DNA of 64,000 nucleotides from Asterias rubens (Eukaryota): positions 1,550,001 to 1,614,000 of the forward strand of contig NC_047062.1 in NCBI RefSeq assembly GCF_902459465.1, in the 5' to 3' direction. Numbering within the stretch: position 1 is the first letter of the stretch; each line of letters begins with the position of its first letter. The position numbers and the translations under genes were made by a program. Positions 48,901 through 60,900 of this stretch are shown piece by piece. The notes beneath the pieces were generated by a model. That model searched no databases. It was given only the letters and a program-made list of their open reading frames with translations, and was not told the DNA's origin.

Positions 48901-51900
48901 ATCAACTTCAGAAGATGAAGGGAAAATATATATATCATATTAGCAATGGCTAAGTGTCTTGCTTAAGGACACAAGTGTCACGGCTGGGGATTCGAACCCA
49001 CACGCTGCTGATCAGAAACACCAGAGTTTGAATTCGGTGCTCTTAACCGCTCGGCCATGACACTTCCAGAATGCAGAGCAAACTGTTTGTCAAAAGTAAA
49101 ACATTTAGATTTTCAATTTTCATTCCCTTCAACTTTCCAAGCGAAGGTAATAAACCTTCAAACAAAAATAAAAGTTACTCAATTCTAAGAAGCAAAATTC
49201 AAGTCATTATTACAACCTAACCTTCACCTCTTTAATAATGAGAAGAATATTACTTGTAACGTGCCAATATCCATCACAAGTGATGCTCATGAGGCTCACA
49301 AATACAAAGATATTTTCATAAACAGGTCTGTAGTTGCAATCTTTTGTTGTAAAAAAAAATATTTTCATAAAAATTCACAAGGAAAGTTCTGTCTCGTAAT
49401 GGGATAAATGATGCTCTAAAAAAAATGTGTTTGATTTTTCAATTCAATTCATTCCACTCTGTGTGCTCAGTAATAAAATGTAATTAATTGTATGGACAGA
49501 CTTTACAGACGAGCAGAGTATACTGTTCGAAATGTCGAGACCAAACCGGCTCTTTTCAGAGCCACCACTCCTTCAAAAGAGATTTTACTCATGGTTGAAC
49601 CCGCAAATTTACTATTAATATTTATAGTTACTCTTAGACTCTACACTGATTTGGAATTACCACAGACTCTCTTACCTGGTGGTTCATATATAATGGTTGG
49701 ATACGAGACACTCCCTGATGTTGTCTTGCACATGACAGTCAACTCATATTCTGCAAAAGATGAAAAAACATATACTTCTCAGTTGAAAACATATTGGGAC
49801 CAATATTTTGCTGAAAACTATACACATTTTTAAAACTTGCCTAAATCTTAATAATCCATAAATATATGGACAACTGGAAAACTGTGATGATTAACTTAAA
49901 CACAAACATGTGGGGAATAAGTGTCTAAATAAAGACTGGCTCCCTCAGAAAGCATATATTTTTTAAATATTATGGACTGTCAGCTAACCCAAGTAATTTT
50001 TTTTAATGTCCAAATAAGGACTTGCATCAAGGGCATAATGTTTTACGGACTTGGTCAGACAGAACACCCAGGTCCTTAGTGTTTTCATGTGAGGCCTTAG
50101 TGTTGAAATGTGGACTTACTCTGCCCGGACACCAAGGGTGTTGGTGTCAAAGTATGGGATAAAGCCCAGTTCATACTTCCTGTGAATGCGAAGCGAAAGT
50201 TTCGCAGGAGTCAACCGATGCAAATTTTTGGTCAAACTTCGTATCGCTACCAGGCTAATTAAAAAAAGCCAGAGAAGTGTTTTTTAATATGGACTCATTC
50301 TGCCTGACAACCAAAGGTGTTGATGTGTAATCATGGAGTTCATGTCATAAATAACTGGGCATTAGTGTTTAATATGGACTCATTCTGTCTGACAACCAAA
50401 GGTATTGATGTGTAATCATGGAGTTCATGTCATAAATAACTGGGCATTAGTGTTTAATATGGACTCATTCTGCCTTACAACCAAAGGTGTTGATGTGTAA
50501 TCATGGAGTTAATGTCATAAATAACTGGGCATTAGTGTTTAATAAGGACTCATTCTGCCTTACAACCAAAGGTATTGATGTATAATCATGGAGTTAATGT
50601 CATAAATAACTGGGCATTAGTGTTTAATATGGACTCATTCTGCCTGACAACCAAAGGTGTTGATGTGTAATCATGGAGTTCATGTCATAAATAACTGGGC
50701 ATTAGTGTTTAATATGGACTCATTCTGCCTTACAACCAAAGGTATTGATGTCTAATCATGGAGTTAATGTCATAAATAACTGGGCATTAGTGTTTAATAT
50801 GGACTCATTCTGCCTGACAACCAAAGGTATTGATGTGTAATCATGGAGTTCATGTCATAAATAACTAGGCATTAGTATTTAATATGGACTCATTCTGCCT
50901 GACAACCAAAGGTATTGATGTCTAATCATGGAGTTAATGTCATAAATAACTGGGCATTAGTGTTTAATATTGGCTTATTCTGCCTGAAAACCAAGGAGGT
51001 TGGTGTTTTATCATGGACATACTGTCATAAATCACAGGGCGTTAGTGTTCAATATGGACTTACTTTGTGGTTTGAGGGGTCGGTTAACACCAGTCGCGAT
51101 ACCACTATACACAACATCCCCATTCTCTGTGAGTGCATACTCAGTCAGCATGCTGTTGAGTCTAAAGCTACCTGCCCAGTTGATGTTAATCAGCTTACTG
51201 GTAGAGTTACTGACGATGGTGGGCTTGATCTCTGGAATGTACACTGGAGCTGTACAAACAAACAATTATAATAGATTCACTTTTAAAATTTTGTAGTTTG
51301 GTATATTTGACTGTTTGTCATGTTAATATTTATAGTGTGCGTTTTGCGGTCGCAGAGGAGATTCTACCCTTTTTTAAAAATCAGAAATGGGGTTGATTTA
51401 CTCTGGCTCCGCCTGACGCCTAAATATTATGAATGTTCGTAATGCAAATTCATATAAAATGTTTGCTTCTTAACTAACCGTTGTGCATTTTTAAAACCAT
51501 ATTGCTATTACTGCTGATTTTTTATCCTGCATTTTAATGTTTTTTCTTGGCTGTAAAGCGCTTTATAAATGCATTTAAGTTAAGTTGAATGCAGTGGACA
51601 TTGGTAATTACTCCAAAAAATTATTAGCAAAAATAGTATAAAACACTGTGAGAAACGGCTCCCTCTGAAGTGCCATAGTTTTCGAGAAAGAAGTAATCTT
51701 CCACGAATTTGATTTTGAGACCTCAGATTTAGAACTTGAGGTCTCGAAATCAACCATTTAAACGCACACAACTTCGTGTGACAAGGGTTACTTTTCTTTC
51801 ATTATTATCTCGTAACTTTGATGACCGATTGAGCTCAAATTTTCACAGGTTTGTTATTTTATGCATATGTTGAGATACACCAACTGTGAAGGCTAGTCTT

Positions 51901-54900
51901 TGAAAATTACCAATAGTGTCCACTGCCTTTAAGTTAAGTTAAGATTTGAAGTGTTTTTTTTGTTGGTTATGAACAAAGACAAATTTACGTCATTTGTGAC
52001 GTCATTTATTGTCGTGTGGTAAGCACCAGAAGGTTAGCATGCCTTTTTGCATGCTCACGGTTAGCAGCGCTATGAAATTGAAATCGCACAGTAAGCACAA
52101 AATCGGCCGCTAAGCAGTGCTATGAAATTGGGCCCTGGGTCCATGCCTACCTGCTCCGAGTGTTGCTTGTATTGCAACCGGTGATTGAGTTAACCCTTCA
52201 TCGTTGTAAGCTACGATCATGAAGTCATAGTTAGTGTACGGCCGTAGACCCGTAGCATTATGAGATAAACCCAGAGCTTTGTCTAACATCTGGAAGCTGC
52301 TCACAGTGCAGGGTTGTTCAAACGGCTGAGCCGTTATAGGACACGATGCTCTCATACGAAGCTCAAACCTTAAAATGAAGACAATCATAGTATTAATTAT
52401 GATTATTATCATTATTGATTTGACTTCAACAAATACAAGTACATCAAAAAAGCACAGTAAAAGTGAAACGATAACACAACAAACCAATCAAAATAGTAAA
52501 GAACACAATAATTATTCAGTCAATTCATCGTAACATCATTCACCAAATATACCACTCGAAATAAAAGATAACAATGTTATTGAGAGCGCCCTCAGGCGGT
52601 AAAAAATTCGGCGGATTGTTTTGACAGTATTTACCTGACAATTATTCCGTTTGTTTCCGAGGGTAGCTCCCACGCTACATAAGCCCACGTTGCTCCAACT
52701 TCAGTGACTACAGGCTTAGCTAGGCCACTAGGCAAGGCCTGTATGGTTCTGACTAGAGCTTGTTCACTAGTAGTGCACCCCCCTGATGTGCAGGCTCGTA
52801 CTTCATACGCGTAGACGGTGTAGGGCTGGAGTCCATCATCGGTGAAACTTGTCATTGTAGTTATGATCAGCTTATATAAATAATAATAATATCAAAGTCT
52901 TATATAGCACATGTATCTACAAACAAGGTACTCACGCTAACTTTCAGAAAGATATGTTTGCAGTGATGAATTCTGAGAACCAATTATGTAGCAACTTATG
53001 AGGGTTTGTTTACAAGGTGCTACGGCGCATACAGCAGCCACAGCCAGGAACACCGTGGTAAACTCATTCTCTTTTCGATAAGTTCACTGGGTTCTTTTAC
53101 ATGCATTACACAACACATGGGACCAACGGCTTTACGTCCCATCCGAAGGACGAAGCAACGGTTAAGTGTCATGCCTAAGGACACAAGTGTCACGATTGGG
53201 ATTCGAACCCACATTCTGCTGATCAGAAACACCAGAGTTTGAATTCCGTGCTCTTAATTGCTCGACCTTGACACTTCCACATGGAAATACAAAAAAAACA
53301 AAACATGAATGAGGTTTCTATTTGCCAATTATTGTTTGCTGACTAGATATTACGCTGCTACGAACAATCTATTTGTTGTTCTCATTTGTTTCTCTTGTTG
53401 AAACGCCAATTCTTACAAACTTTAAACTTCATAGGGTGTCATGGTTTGAGTGATGTAGAGCATTGAGTATGCTGGCTTAGTAATCAGGGTGTGCGTCCGA
53501 ATCCCCTTTCATTACACTTTTGTCCTTGAGCAAGACACTTAACTATAAATTGTTCTCATTACCCAGGGGTAAAATGGGTACCTGCGAGGATAGAGATGGA
53601 TCTTGTTATTGATTAATGATCATTGATATAAGATAATAATTTACAAATTCTTATACAGCACATTTCACAATAAACCGAATCAATGCACTTTACATTAGTC
53701 CCCTGGTCATAGGGCCAATAACTTCTTTAATCTTTCTCAGCTTTCTATAAGGAGTATACAGCCCCGAGCTGCCTTGGCGCTCCGAAGGTTTTTTAATTCA
53801 CAATATCAACCTCTACCCTCGCAGGTACCCATTTATACCCCTGGTTGAAGAGAAGCAATTATAGTAAAGTATCTTGCTCAAGTACACAAGTGTCACGACC
53901 AGGATTCGAACCCATACTCCAGTGACTTAACCACCAAAACTTGCATTTGATGTTCTTAACCACTCAGCCACGACACTCTACATAATAACATAATAATAAT
54001 GGAGTCTTATAAAGCGCCGGTATCTGCCACAAAAAGGTGCTCATGGTGCTCACTCATGATACAAACAGTTCAAAAGACAGGAACAGAAATAAGTATGTTG
54101 AAAATCACTGAGTTGATATTACTACTATTAATATTACTTTATTCATTTGCAACAGGAAAATTGTACCACATGTGAAACAAACATTCGTGGCAATTGGTTT
54201 GAAAATCCCTGGGAATTTACTGGGGTTTAAACCCCTGTGAATTGGTTCAGTGTGATCAGGTATTTTTGACATCCTTAGATTGTTACCTCAGTGCCATTCC
54301 TGATGATGGTGTAGCTGGATATATCTCCATTGGGCTGGCTTGGTTCTAGGATGTTCACCACTAAGGTAGTGGCCTCCACGTCGGTCACTGATGGCGGCTG
54401 TAGTCCCTGAACACAAACATCAAATGATCAAAGGAATTATTCCACAGCTGGGATAGAAGTATGCTAATTATAAAAAGGGGGGTTCCAATGCCATCCGAGT
54501 TGTATGAATGCGGATTTAAAATTAAAAAAGAGACTTTGAGAAAGTACCGAGTATACAGCGTTTATCACATATCAGTGCAAGATAATTGAAAAATACCATG
54601 AAGTATTCTTTATCAACAATGCAACTATTGCGTCACTAAAAGAGATTACACTTTCTTCAAGTAATGAAAAAAAAAAATAATAAAACAAATTACACATTCA
54701 TCAAAGGAAATCTTTAGTTACTTTTTTTTACTCTGTCAATCTGTCCAGAAATGATCAACTTCATGGTGCAACAAGGTCACAACTCAATACTGCAAACAAA
54801 TTGTATCTCCTGCAACAATGTTGTCTCTCGGCGTCCATTGAATTGTATTTACATCCCAGTTATTCCAAGATACAATTTACAAAACCCAGGGGTACTACAT

Positions 54901-57900
54901 GTACCTTGTTGAGCCGACATGATAATATGATTCAGCACTGCAGAATAAAACTGCACCCATTGCTTTCAATTTGAAACCCAGACAGGAGAAAAGTTGTCTT
55001 TTTCACATTTGTTTTTTAAAAACAGCTCCCTTGATCATAATAAAACTTTTGCACAATAATCACCAAAATATAAATCTGACTTTCAAATTAATAAAACTGA
55101 AAACTGAGAAGTAACTTTTTGCTTACTTGTGGTGGAGCTTCCAGCATTCTAACAGGGGCCCAAGAGCTGGATGTTTCTCCTGCCGAGTTTGTCGACGTCA
55201 CCATGTACTCGTAGGTCTCATCAGGTATCAGGAGTGGATCCATGTCAGTGAACCTTGCGTTGGGTCCATCATACATTAAGATCGGATCGTCACGATCGCC
55301 TGTCTGGCGGTAAAATCGTCGGCGGTACAACTTATACCCGAGTATCAGACCGTTTGGTTGTTGGGGCAGTCCCCACTCGGCGAGGACACCGCTGGCCACG
55401 CCTAAGTTATCCGTCAGAGGGGTGAGGGTAGGGGCAAGCTGATTGGTTGGGATGTTTTCTAAGGTGCGGGCGTGGGCGCGGTCACTCAGAGCACAGCCTG
55501 TGAGTGTACATGCTCCGATGCGGAACTCATACTCGGTGAAGAAGTCCAGGCGATGGGCGTCGAAGCTGAACTGTTTCCCAGAGTAGAGGACGTTACCCTC
55601 AAGGTACAGGGTGTAGTTTTGGATGTCACCGTTGGGGTAGATCGGTGGAAGCCACGTTGCCCTGATGGAGGAAGAGGAGAGGACTATAAGACCTGGAGAG
55701 CCGAGTCCAGCTGGCGAGGAGGAAGAAGTGAAGACGGTTGCCGAGTCGCTGATGGCTTGTCCCTGGCTGTTGAAAGCTGTCACGACATAGGAGTACTCCT
55801 GCCCAGGTGTTAACCCTTGACCCCCGTCACCAAAATCCTGGAATCTCATTGCGATGCCGTCGTAGACTAGCTTCCCGTCCCGACGCAACTCGTATCTTAG
55901 GATCACCCCGTTTGGCATGCTTGGTTCTGACCATGATGACTCGACAGCGATAGCACTCAGTGCTCTCAAGACGGGTGGATTCATGCCAAATGGACGGGCC
56001 TCAAAGGGTCTACTCACTGTAGGGAGACTTTCAGTACATCCTCCCGATGTACAAGCAACCACTGTGAACGAATACTCTTGATAAGGCGTCAGGGCTGCAC
56101 TGGTGTATTCCAGATCTGGACCCGAGTAGATCACAACTCTATCCATTTTCAGTTCATAGCGGACGATTTCCCCAGCGTCCAAGGAAGGACTTGTCCAACT
56201 GACCTGAATGGTGGTAGAGCTGAGAGGGTTGGCCAGTGGAGGAGCCACAGTGCCAGGAGCAGTTTCAAGAGTTCTTATATGGGTTGGTGAACTCACAGTA
56301 CATCCACCCCCAGTGCAGGCTGTGATGGTGTATGCATAGACCGTGTAAGCCGTCAAGCCTTGATCGGTGAACTGCTTCAGGGAGTTTGCTTCAAAGCTGA
56401 ACGGAGCGCTGACATTCCTCTTGAGTAGGTATCCTGTGATGATTCCATTGGATTCTGCTGGCTCCGTCCACTGCACCTGTAAGGTGGTTGGGTTGTTTGC
56501 AACATGGTTAACCACAGGGGGCGACACACCCACGGGGGCAGCTTGCTCAGTCTGCACAGGAACCCAGGGGCTTGCTACTTGACCAGCAGCATTCAAGACA
56601 CTAACTTGGTACTCGTACAACTTGTGGGGTTGTAAGGAGTAGTCGGTGTAACTGTACTCCTCTGCATCGGTGCTGTACTGCTGATGTACAATTCGAGTGT
56701 CAGTGAAAGGGCTATCGTCTGTATCACGTCTACGTCTACTTGATGTCGCTGTGCGTCTCAGGATGTCATAGCGGAGAATCCTTCCATTGGCTGAGATGGG
56801 AGGTTTCCAGATGAGCTGTACCGAGGAGGACGTGACTTCTCCTAAGGAGGGTGGAGCTTGATTGGCTGGAGCAACCTCGGCTGTAACGACCATCTGCGGT
56901 TCGCCTCGACCACATCCGACACTTGTACACGCTTCCAGAACCACGATGTACTCAGTGTAAGGGTCTAAACGCCGGAAGAGATACTCCCGTGTTAGGCCGA
57001 TGTAGACCGGAGTAATGAGGTAGACATCTTCGTAGATACGATATTCTTGGATGTGCCCATTTGGCTGTCCAGGCTCTGGCCAGCGTAGAACGAGGGAGTT
57101 GCCGCCAGGTTGTTGAACCACAGAGAACCGCCCGATCTCTGCTGGGACACCCTCTAGTGTGGTTATCTCAGCCCACGGACCAGACGACTCCCCTGCACCA
57201 TTGATGGCGACAATACGTACTCGGTATGCGGTGAATGGTGCCAGCCCATAGAATGTGGTCTGAGTCAGAGATGAATCTACGGTAGCTGCAGGTACTACCG
57301 GGTTTGGAAGAGTTGGATCATCGGCAAGCATCTGGTGCTCGATTCTGTAACCTGTTATCAGTCCGTTAGGGAAAACCGCCTCCTCCCAGGTAGCTTTGAT
57401 AGCATAGGAGCTAATGGCCTCCAAGTCAGGTCGTGATACACCTTGAGGCGGGGCTTCCAGAGTTCGTACACTCGCCCAAGGACTGCTACTTATCCCTTCG
57501 GAGTTATGCACAGTAATCCTGTACTCGTACAGAGTAAATGGTAGCAGATCACCTCCAGCATTTGTGAAACTTGTCTCCACCGGACCAGCTTGGTAGACGA
57601 GGTAAAGTTGGCTTGTTCCATACTCTCGTCTGTAGATCATGTACTTGGTGATATTCCCGTTGGGACTTGAGGGCGGACTCCAAGACACTTCAACCACAGT
57701 GGATCCAGTTGCCTTAAGGGTAGGCTGGTCCTGTCCTTGGGGAGGGGCCTCAAAGGTGCGAGCGAATGCCTTTGGGCCACGCCCGCATCCACCATCAGTA
57801 CAAACCTCAACTCTCACATCATACAATCTGAAGGGCGTTAGATTCTCTACGATACGGGATGTCTCCAAGTTGCTGAAGAAGGCTCTCTGCTCAGGAGTTC

Positions 57901-60900
57901 CGCTCAGAATCACAACACCATACCGTCGGACAACACCGTTAGGAATGGTCGGCGGTATCCACGTTGCGCTGATGGACGTCGAGCTCAGAACAGTCAAACT
58001 CGGGGTGGAGATTCCTTCCGGAGCACTGTCTGGGGTCTGGCATGTGTAGACAGAGCTGTTGGTTCCACCGGCCAACGTGGACGCTTGTAAGATGTACTCG
58101 TAACGCGTGTTAGGGCTGAGGTTGGTATCGGTATACATCAGGCTAGATCCAGAGTAGACGAGACTATTGAAGCGATAGAGTCGGTAGGATGTCAGGATAC
58201 CATTGGGGATTGCTGGCTGGGTCCAGTACAGCTCCAGCACGGTAGAACTAACAACGACGTGCACAGGACTTGAAACGCCTGAAAGAAATATAAAAAGGAA
58301 ATTGTAATTAGTCCAAGTTTACCTTCTAGTGCTGATTCACATCATACTTTCAAGAAGCATCTGAAATCACACCTGTTCCCACAATGATTGTTTGGTGTTT
58401 ATGATTTTAATTTGCAAATTTGAATCAACGTTGTCATGTGATCTTGATGAAATGGCAGTATATATATATATATATATAACATTTTTGTAAGATGCCTGTG
58501 TGTATAATGATGCATCTTGAGTATGGTAATGTATTTGTAAATTAACATTGGATTTTTTCTTAACTCCCTTGAGTAATTTACTAGAATCCTACACCGTTCT
58601 AACAAAATCAAACACCATCTGGTAACTCAACACCCAAACTGTTAGACTCTGATTATGGGGGGATTGTCTGACTGCATGTAACAATGATCAGTTTACTAGT
58701 GTAGTCTTCAGCCCAACAACAGAACCAAACAGAGCTCAATTTCATAGAACTGCTTAAGCAGGAAATAATGCTTAACAATTTTCTACTAAGCAGAAATGTG
58801 CTGTTAAAAAAAAATATGTGTTTGTGTAAGTCGCCAGACTAACAAGGCTTGAAGGCCACTTCAAATTGTGGGTTACAACAATTTTTTTCCAGGGGCCGTT
58901 GCCACCTACTCCTAGGGCTGTAACAGGGTTACCCCCTCTACAGTCCATACGGATGTACATGTACATGTAGGCTTGGGTATCATCAATCCGAAGCCTGACC
59001 GGTAGAGCAGAAAGCGCTACCTCCCTAATTTTACACCCTATGAAACTAGTGGAAAAAAATACACCACTTATCACAAGAACCACTGGCCATTTAGTGTGAC
59101 TTTTGCTTTGCTTACAGTTAGCAGTGATTATGAAATAGAAACTACGCTAAGAGAAGTTCCGTAAGCAGAAATGCCTGCTTAAAATGGATTCTGAATATGG
59201 CCTCCAGATCCTAGCTTTCTTACCTTGTGGTGGGGCTTCAGGCGTAGTCACTGAGACGGCGTTACTTGTGGTACATCCTGCTGCTGTGCATGCTACGAGG
59301 GAATATCCGTAACTTGTAAACGGTGACAAACCTAGACAGGACAGAATGGAAGGTCATGTTGAAGAGCTAGTACATTTTGGTTTAAAGTCTGATTATTATT
59401 GATGGAATGGAAAGAAATATGTAGAAAAACGCTTACTTCTTTATGCATTTATTTTGGCATGAGCTTCGATTATGAAAACTATCCAGGATAAAAAAAAAAA
59501 AACATTTTCTAGCACCATTTCAGTACAATATTTTGGGTGGCGTAAAATGTCAGCTGGAATATTACTGTTTCAACATTCTACAGAGCAAGTTTAGACACAA
59601 CTTCACAAACTCTCTAAGTGAAATGATCGTTCAATGCATTTTCAAAAATTTCAAGTTCTTGTAGATAGTTAGGTGCTACGCCGCTGATAGACTGGTGACA
59701 AACCTTGAAACAGACATGATCACTAGTGTCAAATAACCCCCTAAACATAACGATAGCAACAAGCTGTGTGCCTATTTGTGCTGCATTACGGAGCTGAATG
59801 GTTTTGGGAATGCACAGGGGTAGTGATGGTGTAAGGCCAACCTCTTTCCCAGAGGTGATCGATCTCGCCGCGCCATTTTTTCCCAGCATGCCTTGCTCGA
59901 TCATAACCCCTGGAAGTGTAACTCGAAAATATCCAAATATAAGGGATATTACAATTAGTACTGTGGTTGATCCGTTCTGTGTTGGGCGTTAGTCGCGCAC
60001 ACGCTGGATGCGATGCGTTAAATAAAAGTCGTAAACTTGCCTTGGCGTTCAGTGTTGCGTGACACAAAAAAGTGAATACGTACATCTTTATACGCACGCG
60101 TTTCGGCATATAGAGCTTTTTGGAGACGCACAGCGTTTTAAATTTTGCATGTATATGATAGCCAGTAAACACGGATCAGAGTTTCCCTCCCAGGGGTTAG
60201 AGACGTACGCAGAGCTAGCGTGATACGGCGCGCTGCCCATGGTAGCGAGGTTGGTGTGATACGGCGCGCTGCCCATAGTAGCGAGGTTGGTGTAAGGCAC
60301 TTTCAGGCCTCAAAATAACCCATGGTACCCACAGCAATTGCCGTAGTGACCTATGGTTTTGCTGTGGTGCAAAGTTCAAAAATCACATTTTGCTTATGGA
60401 AGTGCCCCTTACCAGAGGGATACTGCTGTGCCGATCAAGAACAAAGTTTAAGGCCTGCACTTTGAGTGGCCTATTTGGTTTGAGAAAGCACATGAATAAT
60501 TCATAAGTATTATTGATTTAAGGATCTGTTTACCACTGTGGATGTACTCAAAGTCGGTTGCGTCGCCCACGTATATCGGATCATCTTGACCGTTCTCTGT
60601 TATTCTATACTGTTGGATGACGCCGTTTGGTCTGCCTGGTATGCGCCATGTGATGCGGACACTGGATGCATCAATGGATGTAACTACTGGATCAAAGAGA
60701 TTGGCTGGTACATCTTGCAGTGTGGCTGCAGTAACCTAAAAACAGGTAAAAGGGTTTCATAAGGTTAAAAGTTCTATCTAAGAAAGAGGCCAGAATAATA
60801 TATCCTTTTTGTCTGCACTAACTCACACCTGTTATCTCCATATACATGTACATAATTCCTTTTCCTTCAGTCACCTATGAACAGGTAAAAGAGTGGAGAA

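Noticed and set aside
49492-49833. 113-aa plus-strand ORF
   Set aside because: It is a chance ORF spanning a repeat remnant and the antisense of an USH2A exon.
50286-51063. CRISPR-like array (also considered for 25301-25502)
   Set aside because: The units are contiguous and near-identical with no unique spacers, there are no cas genes, and the context is a eukaryotic intron.
60534-60735. Suspected frameshift in an USH2A exon
   Set aside because: On re-reading the frame is open (..QQYRITENGQDDPIYVGD..) and the phases match both neighbouring exons.
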